Position numbers and translations under genes: made by a program
Assembly: GCA_964016885.1 (NCBI GenBank)
Contig: OZ024742.1
Coordinates: 198,462,001-198,526,000 of the forward strand
Length of the DNA: 64,000 bases
Source: Eledone cirrhosa
Taxonomy: Eukaryota
Direction of reading: 5' to 3'
Notes under the pieces: model-generated
Database searches by the model: none
The model's input: the letters and a program-made list of their open reading frames with translations, nothing else
What the model was told of the DNA's origin: nothing
Part shown: piece by piece, positions 25,663-37,043 of the stretch
Layout of the letters: each line of letters opens with the position of its first letter
How positions within the stretch are numbered: the stretch's first letter is position 1

Positions 25663-26624
25663 CTAAAATGAATCCTTCCATCATAATTATAAGTAAGAAA
25701 CTTTGTTAAGTTCCAAAGTTCAAATCCCTCCAAATTTTTTGTCATGATTGGGAAATCATAGTCTTTCATTAGAAATATGGTAACAAAAGGGTTAGAGTGT
25801 ATATTTATCTAAAAACCTTACATCACAATCTTATGTAAGGACATTTCTTATGTTATGCTCCAAACACCAGCTTAATAATGGGAAGGCTATTTATATCATT
25901 AAATCACTTCAAATTCTTGATTATTTTCAAAATAATTTGAAATACATAGGCATTAGAAATTTGTTAACTAAAGGGTTAAAGTATTTCGATTCATCTAAAA
26001 GATCTTTCATCATAATTATATGGAAGAACATTTATGTTAAAACACCAGATAAATGATGAAAAAATTATATTACTAAATTCCTCCAAATGTTTTGAAATAC
26101 ATATGCCGTCTCCTTTCATTAGAAATATGGTAACGAAAGTGTTAAAATAAAACTGAAGACGTTCGAAGGAGAAAAAAAGAAAGACCATTTTAGTTTCAAT
26201 GCCAAAAACTAAAGTAGAAACATTCTTATAATTCCATTCCAAAGTTACTTTCCATAGCTACCATCTCAACACTACCACTATCTGCTACAATAGTTGTCAG
26301 ATCAATTTCATAAAATGTAGCAGTTTATGTTAGAAAGTAGACCAACATGAAAACATATCTAAATATATATATATACACTTCATTTTTGTATTTGACACAG
26401 ACACACACAGAAATCAGGATATAACGCATGCGCAGCCCAAGTAGACAGCTCACAAAAACAAGAAAAGCAGTCACTGAGGAGCACACAATGTGTGATGTAA
26501 GAGTTTTGACAATCAACAACTAAACAACCACCCAGTTATTAAACTGACTGGGAGTTTATAATAATTTGAAGTGAAATCCAACAAGTGCATGCGCTTTATT
26601 GGCAGCATGGTCTTCCCAAAGTAT

Positions 26625-26660
<36 letters not shown>

Positions 26661-26777
26661 GGAAGCAGAAAATTGCTTTTTGTGATCCAGTTCGTAGTTA
26701 AGAAAGCCAGTTTCATGGATGGTTTCAACATACGGTTAACTCCACAAGTTTGTAAGAATTCTGTTCAATCTTGGAGT

Positions 26778-28335
26778 CATCATCATCATCATCATCACCA
26801 TTTTACGTCCGTTCTTCCACGCTAGCATGGGTTAGACGGGTTGTCCTGTTGTGGGCAGTGTCTGGTCGGCTGACCATGCCTTGCTCATACAGGAACTGAT
26901 CTGGCTTGATTTCTACAGCTGGATGCCCTTCCTAACACCAACCTCATTTACAGTGAGTGCTGGGTGCTTTTTCGTGGCGCCTACACGTCCACTTTACAGT
27001 GTGGGCTGGGTGCTTTTTTGCCGTGGCACCTCCACGACCACCTTGCGGTGGGGGGGGGGGGGGCATATTGTTTATATGCTTCAGCATGTACCCATGGGAG
27101 GTCGGGTACCCTGTATTACTGCGTGACGCCAGAAGTCACGGTCGTGTGTCATTGACTTTGAGAGGTGTAGTTGGGTAAGGTCGGCTTTTATCACCTCATC
27201 CCAAGTCATCTTGGGTCTCCCCACTCCGCGGTTTCCATCAACTTCTAGTGCTCTGCACCTTTTTATGCAGCTGTCATCCTTCATACGCATCACATGTCCA
27301 TACCAGCGTAACCGCCTCTCCTGCACGCAGCATTTGATTCCTCTTATGCTCAGTCTCTCTCTCAATTCATTTATGCTTTGTCGTTCACGTATATTACTGT
27401 TACACATCCATCGGAGCATGCAGGCTTCGTTTCTCTCTAATCTACGTAAGTCTTCCACCTTCAGCGCCCAGGTCTCACTACCATGCAACATCGCTGTTCG
27501 GATACACGCATCATACAGTCTGCCTTTCATTCTGAGGGAGAAGCCTTTTGCAGCTAGCAGTGGTAGTAGTTCCCTAAACTTCTTCCATCCCGTTCTTACC
27601 CTAGTTATTGTACTTTCTGAGCACCCACCTCCGTTGCTAATTCGGTCACCTAGGTAGCAGAAGCTGTCTACTGTTTCTACAGGGCCCTCCCAGAGATTGG
27701 TGGTACTTGTTTCCTGTGGCTGTTTGCTTGCTGTTTCAGCACAGCTGCTGCATGTGAATCCTACATTCTTAATTAAGCTTCCTGAGATCCCGCTACATCT
27801 CTTGTGTACCCATTGTTTGCATTTGGGGCAAAGAATGGAGTTCCTACCTACACCTTTCCTACATACTGAGCAAGGCCATTTCCCTGAGGGGATCTGGGTT
27901 CTGTTTTCTCGTCTACTTATAAGGACCTTAGTCTTTGTCATGTTGACTTTGAGGCCCTTTCTCTCTAGTCCCTGCTTCCAGGTTTGGAATTTATTCTCTA
28001 GTTCTACCATAGATTCAGCTATGAGTGCGAGGTCATCAGCATACAGGAGTTCCCATGGGCATCCGGTCTTAAACTCCTCCGTTATTGCCTGCAGGACTAT
28101 GATGAACAGGAGAGGGCTAAGAACAGAGCCCTGGTGGACCCCAACCTGTACGCTAAATTCCTCGCTATACTCATTGCCAATCCTAACTTTGCTGACTGCT
28201 CCCCTATACATGGCTTGTACCGCTTTCACAAGCCATTCATCTACTCCTAGTTTTCTAAGAGCCCACCAGATTACTGCACGTGGAACTCTGTCAAAGGCTT
28301 TCTCAAGGTCGACAAATGCCAGGTAGAGTGGCTTA
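26778..28335 (-). mobile_element. 5'-truncated RTE-clade LINE with an uninterrupted RT/C-terminal ORF (27081 to ~28335), 3' UTR and (CAT)n tail
   Basis: FVDLEKAFDRV, GVHQGSVLSPLLF and LLYADDL RT motifs; Cys/His finger; RRLRWYGHVMRM...GRPKMTW. Confidence 0.95.
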
Positions 28336-28389
28336 TAAAGTATAAAAGAAAAAACACAGGTAAGCATTAAGTGAAGGATTTTATCCAGG

Positions 28390-28491
28390 TATTTACGACC
28401 GTTTCATTGGTAAGTGCAACCTTATATTGCTATACTGCAAATAGCAGCCGCTCAATTATAATTGTTGTTCACAGTCCAAATTTTCAAAATA
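28390..28491 (-). ncRNA. Type I hammerhead-like motif with U3-A8 core and long stem II; sense in IPO11 intron 1
   Basis: Reverse complement of 29309-29410. Confidence 0.55.
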
Positions 28492-29308
28492 GTGAGTAAG
28501 TTATTCTTGAAATAATTCTTAATATATAGAGAAAAACATTTATTTGGAATTGTATTTACTAGTATATAGAGAGAGAGGAATCAGAAGGTGAGGGGACAAA
28601 CGGAATAGTATAACGAGAGAGGAAGGGGAAGAGGTAGGAAGTAGAGTGACAAACTGAAATGGAAGGATTCCTTGATCAGTTTTGCTATGTAGACTTCATG
28701 TCATGGAATGTAGTGAGTTAAAGAGAATTAAATTGATCATAGTGGGAGGGATGGATAGAGAGGGGGGGGAGATAAAGAGATAAATATATATATATAAAAA
28801 TAAAGATAAAGATAATAATGGCAAAAATAAAAGCAAAGAAGGGAGGAGAAAGAAGAAAAGAAAAGATAGCCAAAAAGGGGAGGGAAGGAAGGAAGAAATA
28901 GAAGAGGAATGAAGGAGAAGGGGGGGATATAGGTATTGGTTTTTGTGGGTAATTAAAAGGGTTTAGATACAACAAGAGAGTATAAAGTCTAAGTATATGC
29001 AGTTTGTCAGTTGGTAGTAAAAGGTTAAGGGTTCGATTTGCACTTGTAGTGCGAAAACTTCTATATTCCCACTATGATCAATTTAACTCACTACATTCCA
29101 TGACAAAGTCTACATATCAAAACTGATCAAGGAATCCTTCCACCTCTACCCCTCCCTCCATCTCTGTCACTCTACCCCCTTCCTCTCTCTATACTATTCC
29201 GTTTGTCCCCTGACCTTCTGATTCCTCTCTCTATATACTAGTAAATACAATTCCAAATAAATGTTTTTCTCTATATATTAAGAATTATTTCAAGAATAAC
29301 TTACTCAC

Positions 29309-29410
29309 TATTTTGAAAATTTGGACTGTGAACAACAATTATAATTGAGCGGCTGCTATTTGCAGTATAGCAATATAAGGTTGCACTTACCAATGAAACG
29401 GTCGTAAATA
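29309..29410 (+). ncRNA. Type I hammerhead-like motif with U3-A8 core and long stem II
   Basis: UAUU-UUGAAAA-U-UUGG...CCAA-U-GAAA-CGGUCG-UA-AAUA. Stem I 4 bp; stem II extends via GUG/CAC, CAAC/GUUG and UUAUA/UAUAA. Confidence 0.55.
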
Positions 29411-29472
29411 CCTGGATAAAATCCTTCTCTTAATGCTTACCTGTGTTTTCTCTTTTATACTATATATATATA

Positions 29473-30034
29473 TATTCATTAGTTAAGCAAAACAAGACCA
29501 CAAATTTCACAAGGAAGACATTATTAAAAGATTGTCAACATATTTTAGTTTGATGTAAGGAATGTAGAGAATAATAATAATATTATATTCCTTTGGAAGT
29601 TCCGATGAACTGCTCTATCTTTACCTATGTTAATTATTTTCAACTAAACCAGATCAATAATGATATATAATCATTTGATCCAAAAATATTATATGGAGTA
29701 GCGAAACAATTGTAAATGGACATTATGTGGATTGGCAGTATCGGTAGAGGGTCGGACGCCATGCTTTGATGCATTGAGTTACGGCCCTTGCCATTCTGAG
29801 TTCGAATCCCGCCGAGGTTAACTTTGCCTTTCATCCTTACGGGGTCGATAAAATAAAGTACCAATAATACACTGGGTATTTTGGTGGCCTTGTGCCAAAA
29901 GTAGAAACAATTATTATTAATATTATTATTATTATTCTCTACATTCCTTACATCAAACTAAAATATGTTGACAATCTTTTAATAATGTCTTCCTTATGAA
30001 ATTTGTGGCCTTGTTTTGCTTAACTAATGAATAT
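29473..30034. repeat. ~105-bp inverted repeat (29473-29578 vs 29930-30034) enclosing a SINE
   Basis: atattcattagttaagcaaaacaag...gtagagaataat and its reverse complement. Confidence 0.8.
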
Positions 30035-30774
30035 TTCCAGCTCTGCACGCCTAACTTCTGCATGAACCCAGCCACCTAGCTGCTTTCTACTGCATATTGC
30101 ACATTGAGCACATGCCTTTACGCTTTGGCTTCTAACTAATTCACCAATCTCTCCTCTCCTATCTCCATCTCTCTCTTTAAGATTGGTTACTCGTGAACTG
30201 TGTATATTTATATATATATATATAAATGTCTGAAAATTGAATTAGAAGCTTTTGCCATGTTTTTTTTTTTGCTGATATATCCTGTTATTACAATATTTTC
30301 TATAGTCAACTAATACAGCAAAATCCTCTAATTCAATTTTCCCTCAACATCTTTTAAAGATACATGGTTTATATATATATATACATTTTTTGTTTTTTGT
30401 TTACTGTCTCAACTTTAATATATATATATATAGTCAATCATTAGATTGGAGCAAGTGAACAATGTTTTTATTGCTGATACTATCTGCCTGTCACAACTCA
30501 TGGCAAAGTGAAATAAACTATCTTGCTGAAGAACACCATGTGCCATAAGATCCAAGAAGCAAAGCCAAAACCTTATGATCATAAGTCCAACACCCTAACC
30601 ACTAGGCAAGCACCTTCAAAAATAAACACTTCAAGGCACAGCCATGAGATATATCATCATGCTAGCATGGGTTAGACAAGCTGTCCCGTTGTGAGACAAG
30701 CCAGGTTAGAGGGCCATGTTTTGTTCACATAGAACTGATTTTGGCTTGGTTTCTATGGCTGAAGGGGATGCTCT

Positions 30775-32186
30775 AGAGAGGAGCAATTATAGGGGCATAA
30801 AGCTGATGGATCAGAGAGAATATTAGCGCAACTGATTAGAGAAAGGGTCAATTTAGATGAGATGCAGTTTGGTTCTGTGCCTCGGAAAAGTACAACAGAT
30901 GTCTTCTTAGTGAGGCAACTACAAGAGAGGTTCTTAGAGAAGAATAAGCCACTATACTTAGCTTTTATTGATCTAGAGAAGGCCTTTGATAGGGTACCCC
31001 GATCTGTCATCTGGTGGTCCCTAAGCAAACTAGGTGTAGAGGAATGGGAATGATTTGTGAGGACAGTGCAAGCTGTACAGGGGTGCTGTCAGTAAAGCGA
31101 GAATAGGAATGGAGTTTAGTGAGGAATTCCAGATACAAATAGGTGTACATCAAGGTTCAGTCCTCAGCCCACTCTTGTTCATTATAGTCCTCCAAGCCAT
31201 AACAGAGGAGTTTAAGACTGGATGCCCATGGGCACTTCTCTATGCTGATGATCTGGTTCTTATAGCAGAATCAGTAGAGGAGCTAGAGAATAAATTCTAG
31301 CTATGGAAACAGCAGTTGGAATCAAGAGGCCCGAGAGTGAACATAGCTAAAACAAAAGTGTTGATAAGTAGAAGAGAAGACAATACTCTAATTCCATCAG
31401 GGAAATGGCCATATTCGATATGTAGGAAAGGAACTGGCATAAATTCCATAAAATTTATGTAATGCAGATCTTGGGTACACAAGAGATGTAGTGGGATAGC
31501 AGGCAAACTAACAGGTAGGGTAAACTACGTATGCAGTAGATGTACAGGGAAAGTTGGCAGTAGTAATCGCTGTGATAGACTCATTTTTCCAATGCAGGTG
31601 GGTTCTATACAAGTGATTGATAGCTTCTGGTACCTAGGTGATCAGATTAGCATGGAAAGGGGGGGGGGGGTCCGAGGCCATAGTACCTAGAATAAGGACG
31701 GGTTGGAAGAAGTTTAGGGAGCTGCTTCTTCTGTTGACAAAGAAGGGTATCTCCTTGCGTATGAAAGGACGGTTATATGATGCCTGTGTGAGATGCGCGA
31801 TGCTGCATGGTAGTGAGACATGGGCAGCAACTGCTGAAGATATGCAAAGGCTGGAGAGAAATGAAGCAAGTATGCTCCGTTGGATGTGCAATGTCAATGT
31901 GTGTGAACGACCCAGCATAGACGAGTTGAGAAAGAAACTCTGTATAAGAAGGATAAGTTGTAGTATGGACATGTGAAGTGCATGGGGGATGACTACTGGG
32001 TGAAGAAGTGCCAGGAAGTCCCAGTGCAGGTAGACCACGAAAAACATGGGCGGAGGAGGTGAGAGCAGACCTCAGATCGCTGAAACTCACCAAGGAGATG
32101 ATGAAGGACCATAACAAGTGGAGAGATACTGTGCTGAATAGGACCCGTCCAACCCTTGCAAGCAGGGAAAAGCGGACGTATGATGA
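30775..32186 (+). mobile_element. Degenerate RTE-clade LINE fragment
   Basis: QFGSVPRKSTTD, FIDLEKAFDRV, LLYADDL and MLHGSETW in broken frames. Confidence 0.92.
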
Positions 32187-32255
32187 TATATATATATATA
32201 TATAAACATGAAGTATAAGTCAACTGGTTAAAATTAACTTCATTTAATCATAGTC

Positions 32256-32315
32256 GATGTTATATATATTTCAGTGATAACCGTTATGGAACAAGCTATG
32301 ACCTCATCAGACAGC
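32256..32315 (-). ncRNA. Type I hammerhead ribozyme motif with canonical core; sense in IPO11 intron 1
   Basis: GCUGU-CUGAUGA-GGUCAUAGCUUGUU-CCAU-AACGGUUAUCACU-GAAA-UAUAUA-UA-ACAUC; ~12-bp stem II, palindromic stem/loop III, short stem I. Confidence 0.7.
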
Positions 32316-34548
32316 TAAAATTTGAATAGAAAAAAAACAGAAAAATATAAGGTTGAAATATAGCTTACTTCTTTTGTTTCAATTCATTGAAAGAGAGAGG
32401 GGGGAGGGAGAGAGAGAGAGAGAGCTAATCAGAGTGGAATAATCCAGTATTATTTTAGTAAGGTGTGTCAAGCTCAATGTCTTATTAAAGTCAACAGCAT
32501 GCAAGAATCCAAGTCAAAGATGTACTCTAAAGGGCTACAATACTGGTAGATGAAGACAGTAAAAACCAGAGTATAAATGATTAATACAAAAGAAAAACTA
32601 AGGATGTTATTCAAATTCCATCTTTAATTTCTACAATTGCTTTTATTGTATTAATTACATATATCATTATCATCATCATTTAACGTCCACACCAGTAGGA
32701 TTCTTTTCTTTAACATTTAGATTATATATATACTATTGTAATTTTGTGGTAAATGTTTTATCTCACATAATTATCTCATATAATATCGAATCTATGAGAT
32801 TTTGATGTCATTTATTTTGAGAATACTTTAATGTTGGAATGAGTGGCCGGTTACAGCTGGTTTGAACAGAAAGAAGTGAGAGAATTCTAGACGGATATGG
32901 CCAGTTTAAATATATATATACCAAAATGGCTCACACCTTTTATATTTAACCACACCCTCTGAAGTTGCATCTCATAGAAGGTTTCTTGGGTATTTTAGTG
33001 ATGGGAGAACCCCAGTCTTATGTTATCAACTAAGTAAATTAGACACAATCTACAGGCAATGCAAGGTACAGGTTGACATCAAGAAGTGCATCTAAACGTA
33101 GAAAACATTGCTGGAAAAAAAAAAAAAAATCATCTAACCCATGTAAGACAGAGTAGAGAAAGACCAAGAAAGACCTGGACAGAGAGTGAGAGAGCTGACT
33201 TCAAAACGCTAAGACTGGCAGAAGAGATGACAAAGGAATGCGACTAGTGGTAAAATGCTGTGCTGAGAAGGACCCATCAAACCCATGCACGAGTTGAAAA
33301 GTGGAGGTAAAAACGATGATGAGGTCTGTTAATTCAAACATAGTATATTAGTATCCCCATTTTTAGAATAGACTAGCAGAATGGCCCGGCATTGCTCGGG
33401 ATTTGCTCTAGGGTTCTTATATATTTGATATATGTTTATCCTTATCGAGCCTCGTGAAATAAATACGTTTGTTTATATTTTGTTATTGTGTATGCAAAAA
33501 TATCTGTACACGAATATATAATTATATATATTAAAATAACAGATTAAAGTTTAAACAAAGAATCGCTGCTTTCACCCTTAACGGGATCTTCTGAAACTAA
33601 AAAAATCAATCTGTAAACGCAGAAAATGAATCGATGCTTTCACCCTTAACGGGATCTTCTACCTAAAAGCAGTGTGAAGTACACTAAGACTCACTGATGT
33701 AATCGTTGGCCTTGTTTGTTTATATTTTGTTTTTGTGTATGCAAAAATATCTGTACACGAGTATCTATATTAAAATAACATTCAAGTTTAAGCAAAGAAT
33801 CACTGCTTCCAACCTTAACGGGATATTCTGTAACTAAAAAAATCAATCTGTGAACGCAGATGTAAATATTTCGAAAAACGTTGCAACCGAAGGGAAACAG
33901 GAAGACGATACTTTGGTTCGTGAAGACGTTCCCTGGCATAAGAATATACACACACACACTATATATACATATATACACACACACACACTGATCACGTCAT
34001 AATGACGTAATGTAGAGTCAAGCATAAAGACAGATATTATAAAGGTGCGACATCATATCTATGTATCTATCTAAAAAGAGAAAGACTAAGAGAGAGAGAG
34101 AAAGAGATCGCTAAATCGCCTAATGCGGTCCCTAGGGCATTGAAAATTTGAATTTTTTTTGCTCAGAACACTCAATAGGACAAGTATTACATGTGTAAAG
34201 TTTTAAAACAATCGGTTGGGCGGTTCTCGAGTTTTAGTGATTGAACAGACAGACAAACAGACATTCTCTGTTTTAGTAATATAGATAAACCATATCCCTA
34301 CATGTCATAAGAGGTGACTAACAAGGTTGGTGTCATGAAGGGTATCCAGCTGTAAAACATTCTCAAAACATCCTGTCCAACCGATGCCAGTGTGGAAAAT
34401 GGACATAAAAACAATGATCATGTTGATAGTGGTCAGATCATTGTAAAAATATGTATCATTTAATTTTTTATGTGATGCAGTCATAGCATTGTTTTCTACG
34501 TTTTAAGAATACCTTTCTAATGTGGTTTCAAGTAGTAGAGTTGAATTA

Positions 34549-35316
34549 TGAGGTTTGTCTCAAAAGTAAGGGTACTGATGTTTTATTTACATGTATATTA
34601 GGCATTCATGAAATTACAAGATATCTCCTTCAAAATATGAATGACCCTTGGCAAGTCACAGTGGTTCAACCGTTTTTTTCCATTGATCATAGCAATACTG
34701 GGAGTCATTTTCTGTGAGTGTCCTTAGCTCGTCCGTTACAATTCTTTTTGTGTTTTCCACAGTCCAAAAATGATGATTCTTCAACATTAGTTTCAACTTA
34801 GGGCAGTGGTATAAATCACAGAGCTAGATCTGGAGTGTAGGGAGAATGAGGAAGAGTGGGAATGTTTTTCTTCATCAGAAATTCTCTAGTGCTGTGTGAG
34901 CAGGCACATTATTGTGGTGCAGTGCCCAATCTCCTGCAATGTCCTTTCATCCTTTCTGGACCATTTTCAAAGTTGTTCCAAGACATCTTCGTAGAAGGTG
35001 CAATTAACTGTTTGCCCTGGAGGTAAAAATTCTGTGTGAACAAAACCATGGCTGTTGAAATAAAAATGTTCACCCTAGATTTGCTCATGCGTGCTTTCTT
35101 CAGACAAGGAGAATTTTTCATGTGCCACCCTTCACTTTGCCATTTTGTCTCTGGATCGTACTCAAACCTGTTATTACTTTATTCAAGAAATTTGCCTCAC
35201 TTTCGAGACTTTCTAGCAGCTGAGGTCATAACCAACACACCTATACACATTGAAGTACTGCATTGCCATGTTGCACATAGGAAAAATCAATACCCTTACT
35301 TTTGAGACAAACCTCG
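34549..35316 (-). mobile_element. Internally deleted mariner element with TIRs and TA target duplication
   Basis: ta|tgaggtttgtctcaaaagtaagggta ... tacccttacttttgagacaaacctcg|ta; remnants KKARMSKSRV, HHNNVPAH and YTPDLA on the minus strand. Confidence 0.92.
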
Positions 35317-36863
35317 TATTAGTGGAACATTTGATTAATTTTTTTTTTTTTTAATCATATAAAGAGATTAGTTATCTTAAATATTTCAAGCCACCACTCC
35401 CCACTCATCCCATACACACAAAGCTCTCAATCCTACTTCAGATCTTATCAGAACAGTCCACTAACCTTGAACCAGACATGCTTTAGTTTTAGATTTTTTT
35501 TAGAAATTTCTTAATAACTATGCTGTGAGTCTCCTGGATTTTATAACAGGTGCACTGTATCGTTGCATATAATTATGTGACTAAAAGGGCCACACTGCTA
35601 AAAAAATTCAAAGCAATTTTGAAATTAGACATACCATTCAGAAAGTGAAACGGGCCGCAGTTTGCCCATGGCTGTCCTACACTCTAACAGCTCTGCTAAT
35701 TCACCATGCACTAAGAACAAAGCTTGAAGATACAAGTTGGAAACATATATATTTCTTCTTTACATTCTATAAATTTGTTGTGGTCGGACCTGTCGTTTCT
35801 GACAAGTGTTCCAGTTGATTCAATCAATGGAACGGTTTGTGAAATTAATGTGTAATGTGTAAGTGGCTGAGCATTCCAGTCATGTGGATCCTTTATGTAG
35901 TTCTCAGAGAGATTCAGTGTCACAATGTGTGACAAAGTTGACCTCTTGAATTACAAGTACAATTCATTTTTTGCTTGCAGAGTAAACTGAACCAATGTAA
36001 AATAAAGTGTCTTGCTCAAGGATACAAAGCATTGCAGTCTGGGAATTGAACGGATGACCTTATTCAGTGCTTCCTCAAAGATTTTCTTTGCCAGTCCAAG
36101 AACCAGATTGTTCTCTATGTTGCCATCCAATTTATTCTCCACATTTAAAAATTTCTCCATACATTTCTTCCACTTTTCCTAATTCCATCCATTGCCCCTC
36201 TATCACATCCCATCTCTCTCTTGCTAACTGCCTTGCAATCCTAAACCCATCTCTGAATCCAGTCAGTCTCTACACAATCTACTATATGCCCTTGTGCTCT
36301 TGCCACTTCTTTCTTTGCAGCCCTCTTGACTGCCTCATAACCCTGATGAGCTGCCTCTTCTGCTATCATATCCTTTATTTTCTGCTATTCTCTGAATCTT
36401 CTTTTCTCACCACTCTTCTTTCCAACTTCATCATTCCAGCATTGTTTCCCTGTCTCTTGGTGGTCTTTTCGCCCATCTACACATATCACCAACATCTAAC
36501 AAACCATTTTTCAGAGATTCCAAGTACTCTCAAGTTAATTCATGTCAGCATCTAACATACTTGGTTTCTCTCTTAGTGCCTCCTTCACTGTTATTTCTTT
36601 TAATCTCCACATCTTTAGCCTTGGTTGATATTTCCTCTGCTAAGCTCTCCCTCCACCCTTCACCCTCAGGTCACAGACAACTAAAGGGTGTTGTATAACA
36701 ACCTCCTCTCCTGGGATTACTTTTGTATAATGAATGTTCTTCCTAGTTCACCCACATTCAACGAGGGTAGTTGAGATCATATTTTCCCATGCTTGCTTAG
36801 GGTAGATGGGCTGCCACATTCTGAGAGTAGACCAGTTAGGTGACCATGCCTAACTTATATATT

Positions 36864-37043
36864 TAGAAGTAGATCCGCAACAGTTAATTCACCATTTCCA
36901 AGAACAATTATTTCACTAACTAAGGTGAAACAATTGTTCTCGAAAACGGTGAATTAACTGTTGTGGAACTACTTCTACCAAACTCGTCCCATGGACTGAG
37001 TGCTCCACCACTATGGATATAACCCATCAGTGTTCTACTATTA
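36864..37043 (+). mobile_element. 5'-inverted Penelope-type terminus with the 3' half of a hammerhead; same family as 52497-52667
   Basis: Hairpin agaagtag...aattatttcac / ggtgaaacaattgttc...ctacttct, followed by a tail homologous to the reverse complement of 52500-52620. Confidence 0.75.

Larger units (their letters stand above)
28339..29461. mobile_element. Long inverted repeat (arms ~28339-28747 and ~29067-29461), a Penelope-type pLTR pair with a hammerhead motif in each arm
   Basis: Arms are near-identical reverse complements over ~400 bp with a ~320-bp spacer; (TA)n on the right flank. Confidence 0.85.

Noticed and set aside
27211-28326. Plus-strand ORFs of 148 and 209 aa
   Set aside because: Antisense shadows of the RTE ORF.
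36343-36420. ctgatgag as a hammerhead core
   Set aside because: No downstream GAAA with closing stems.
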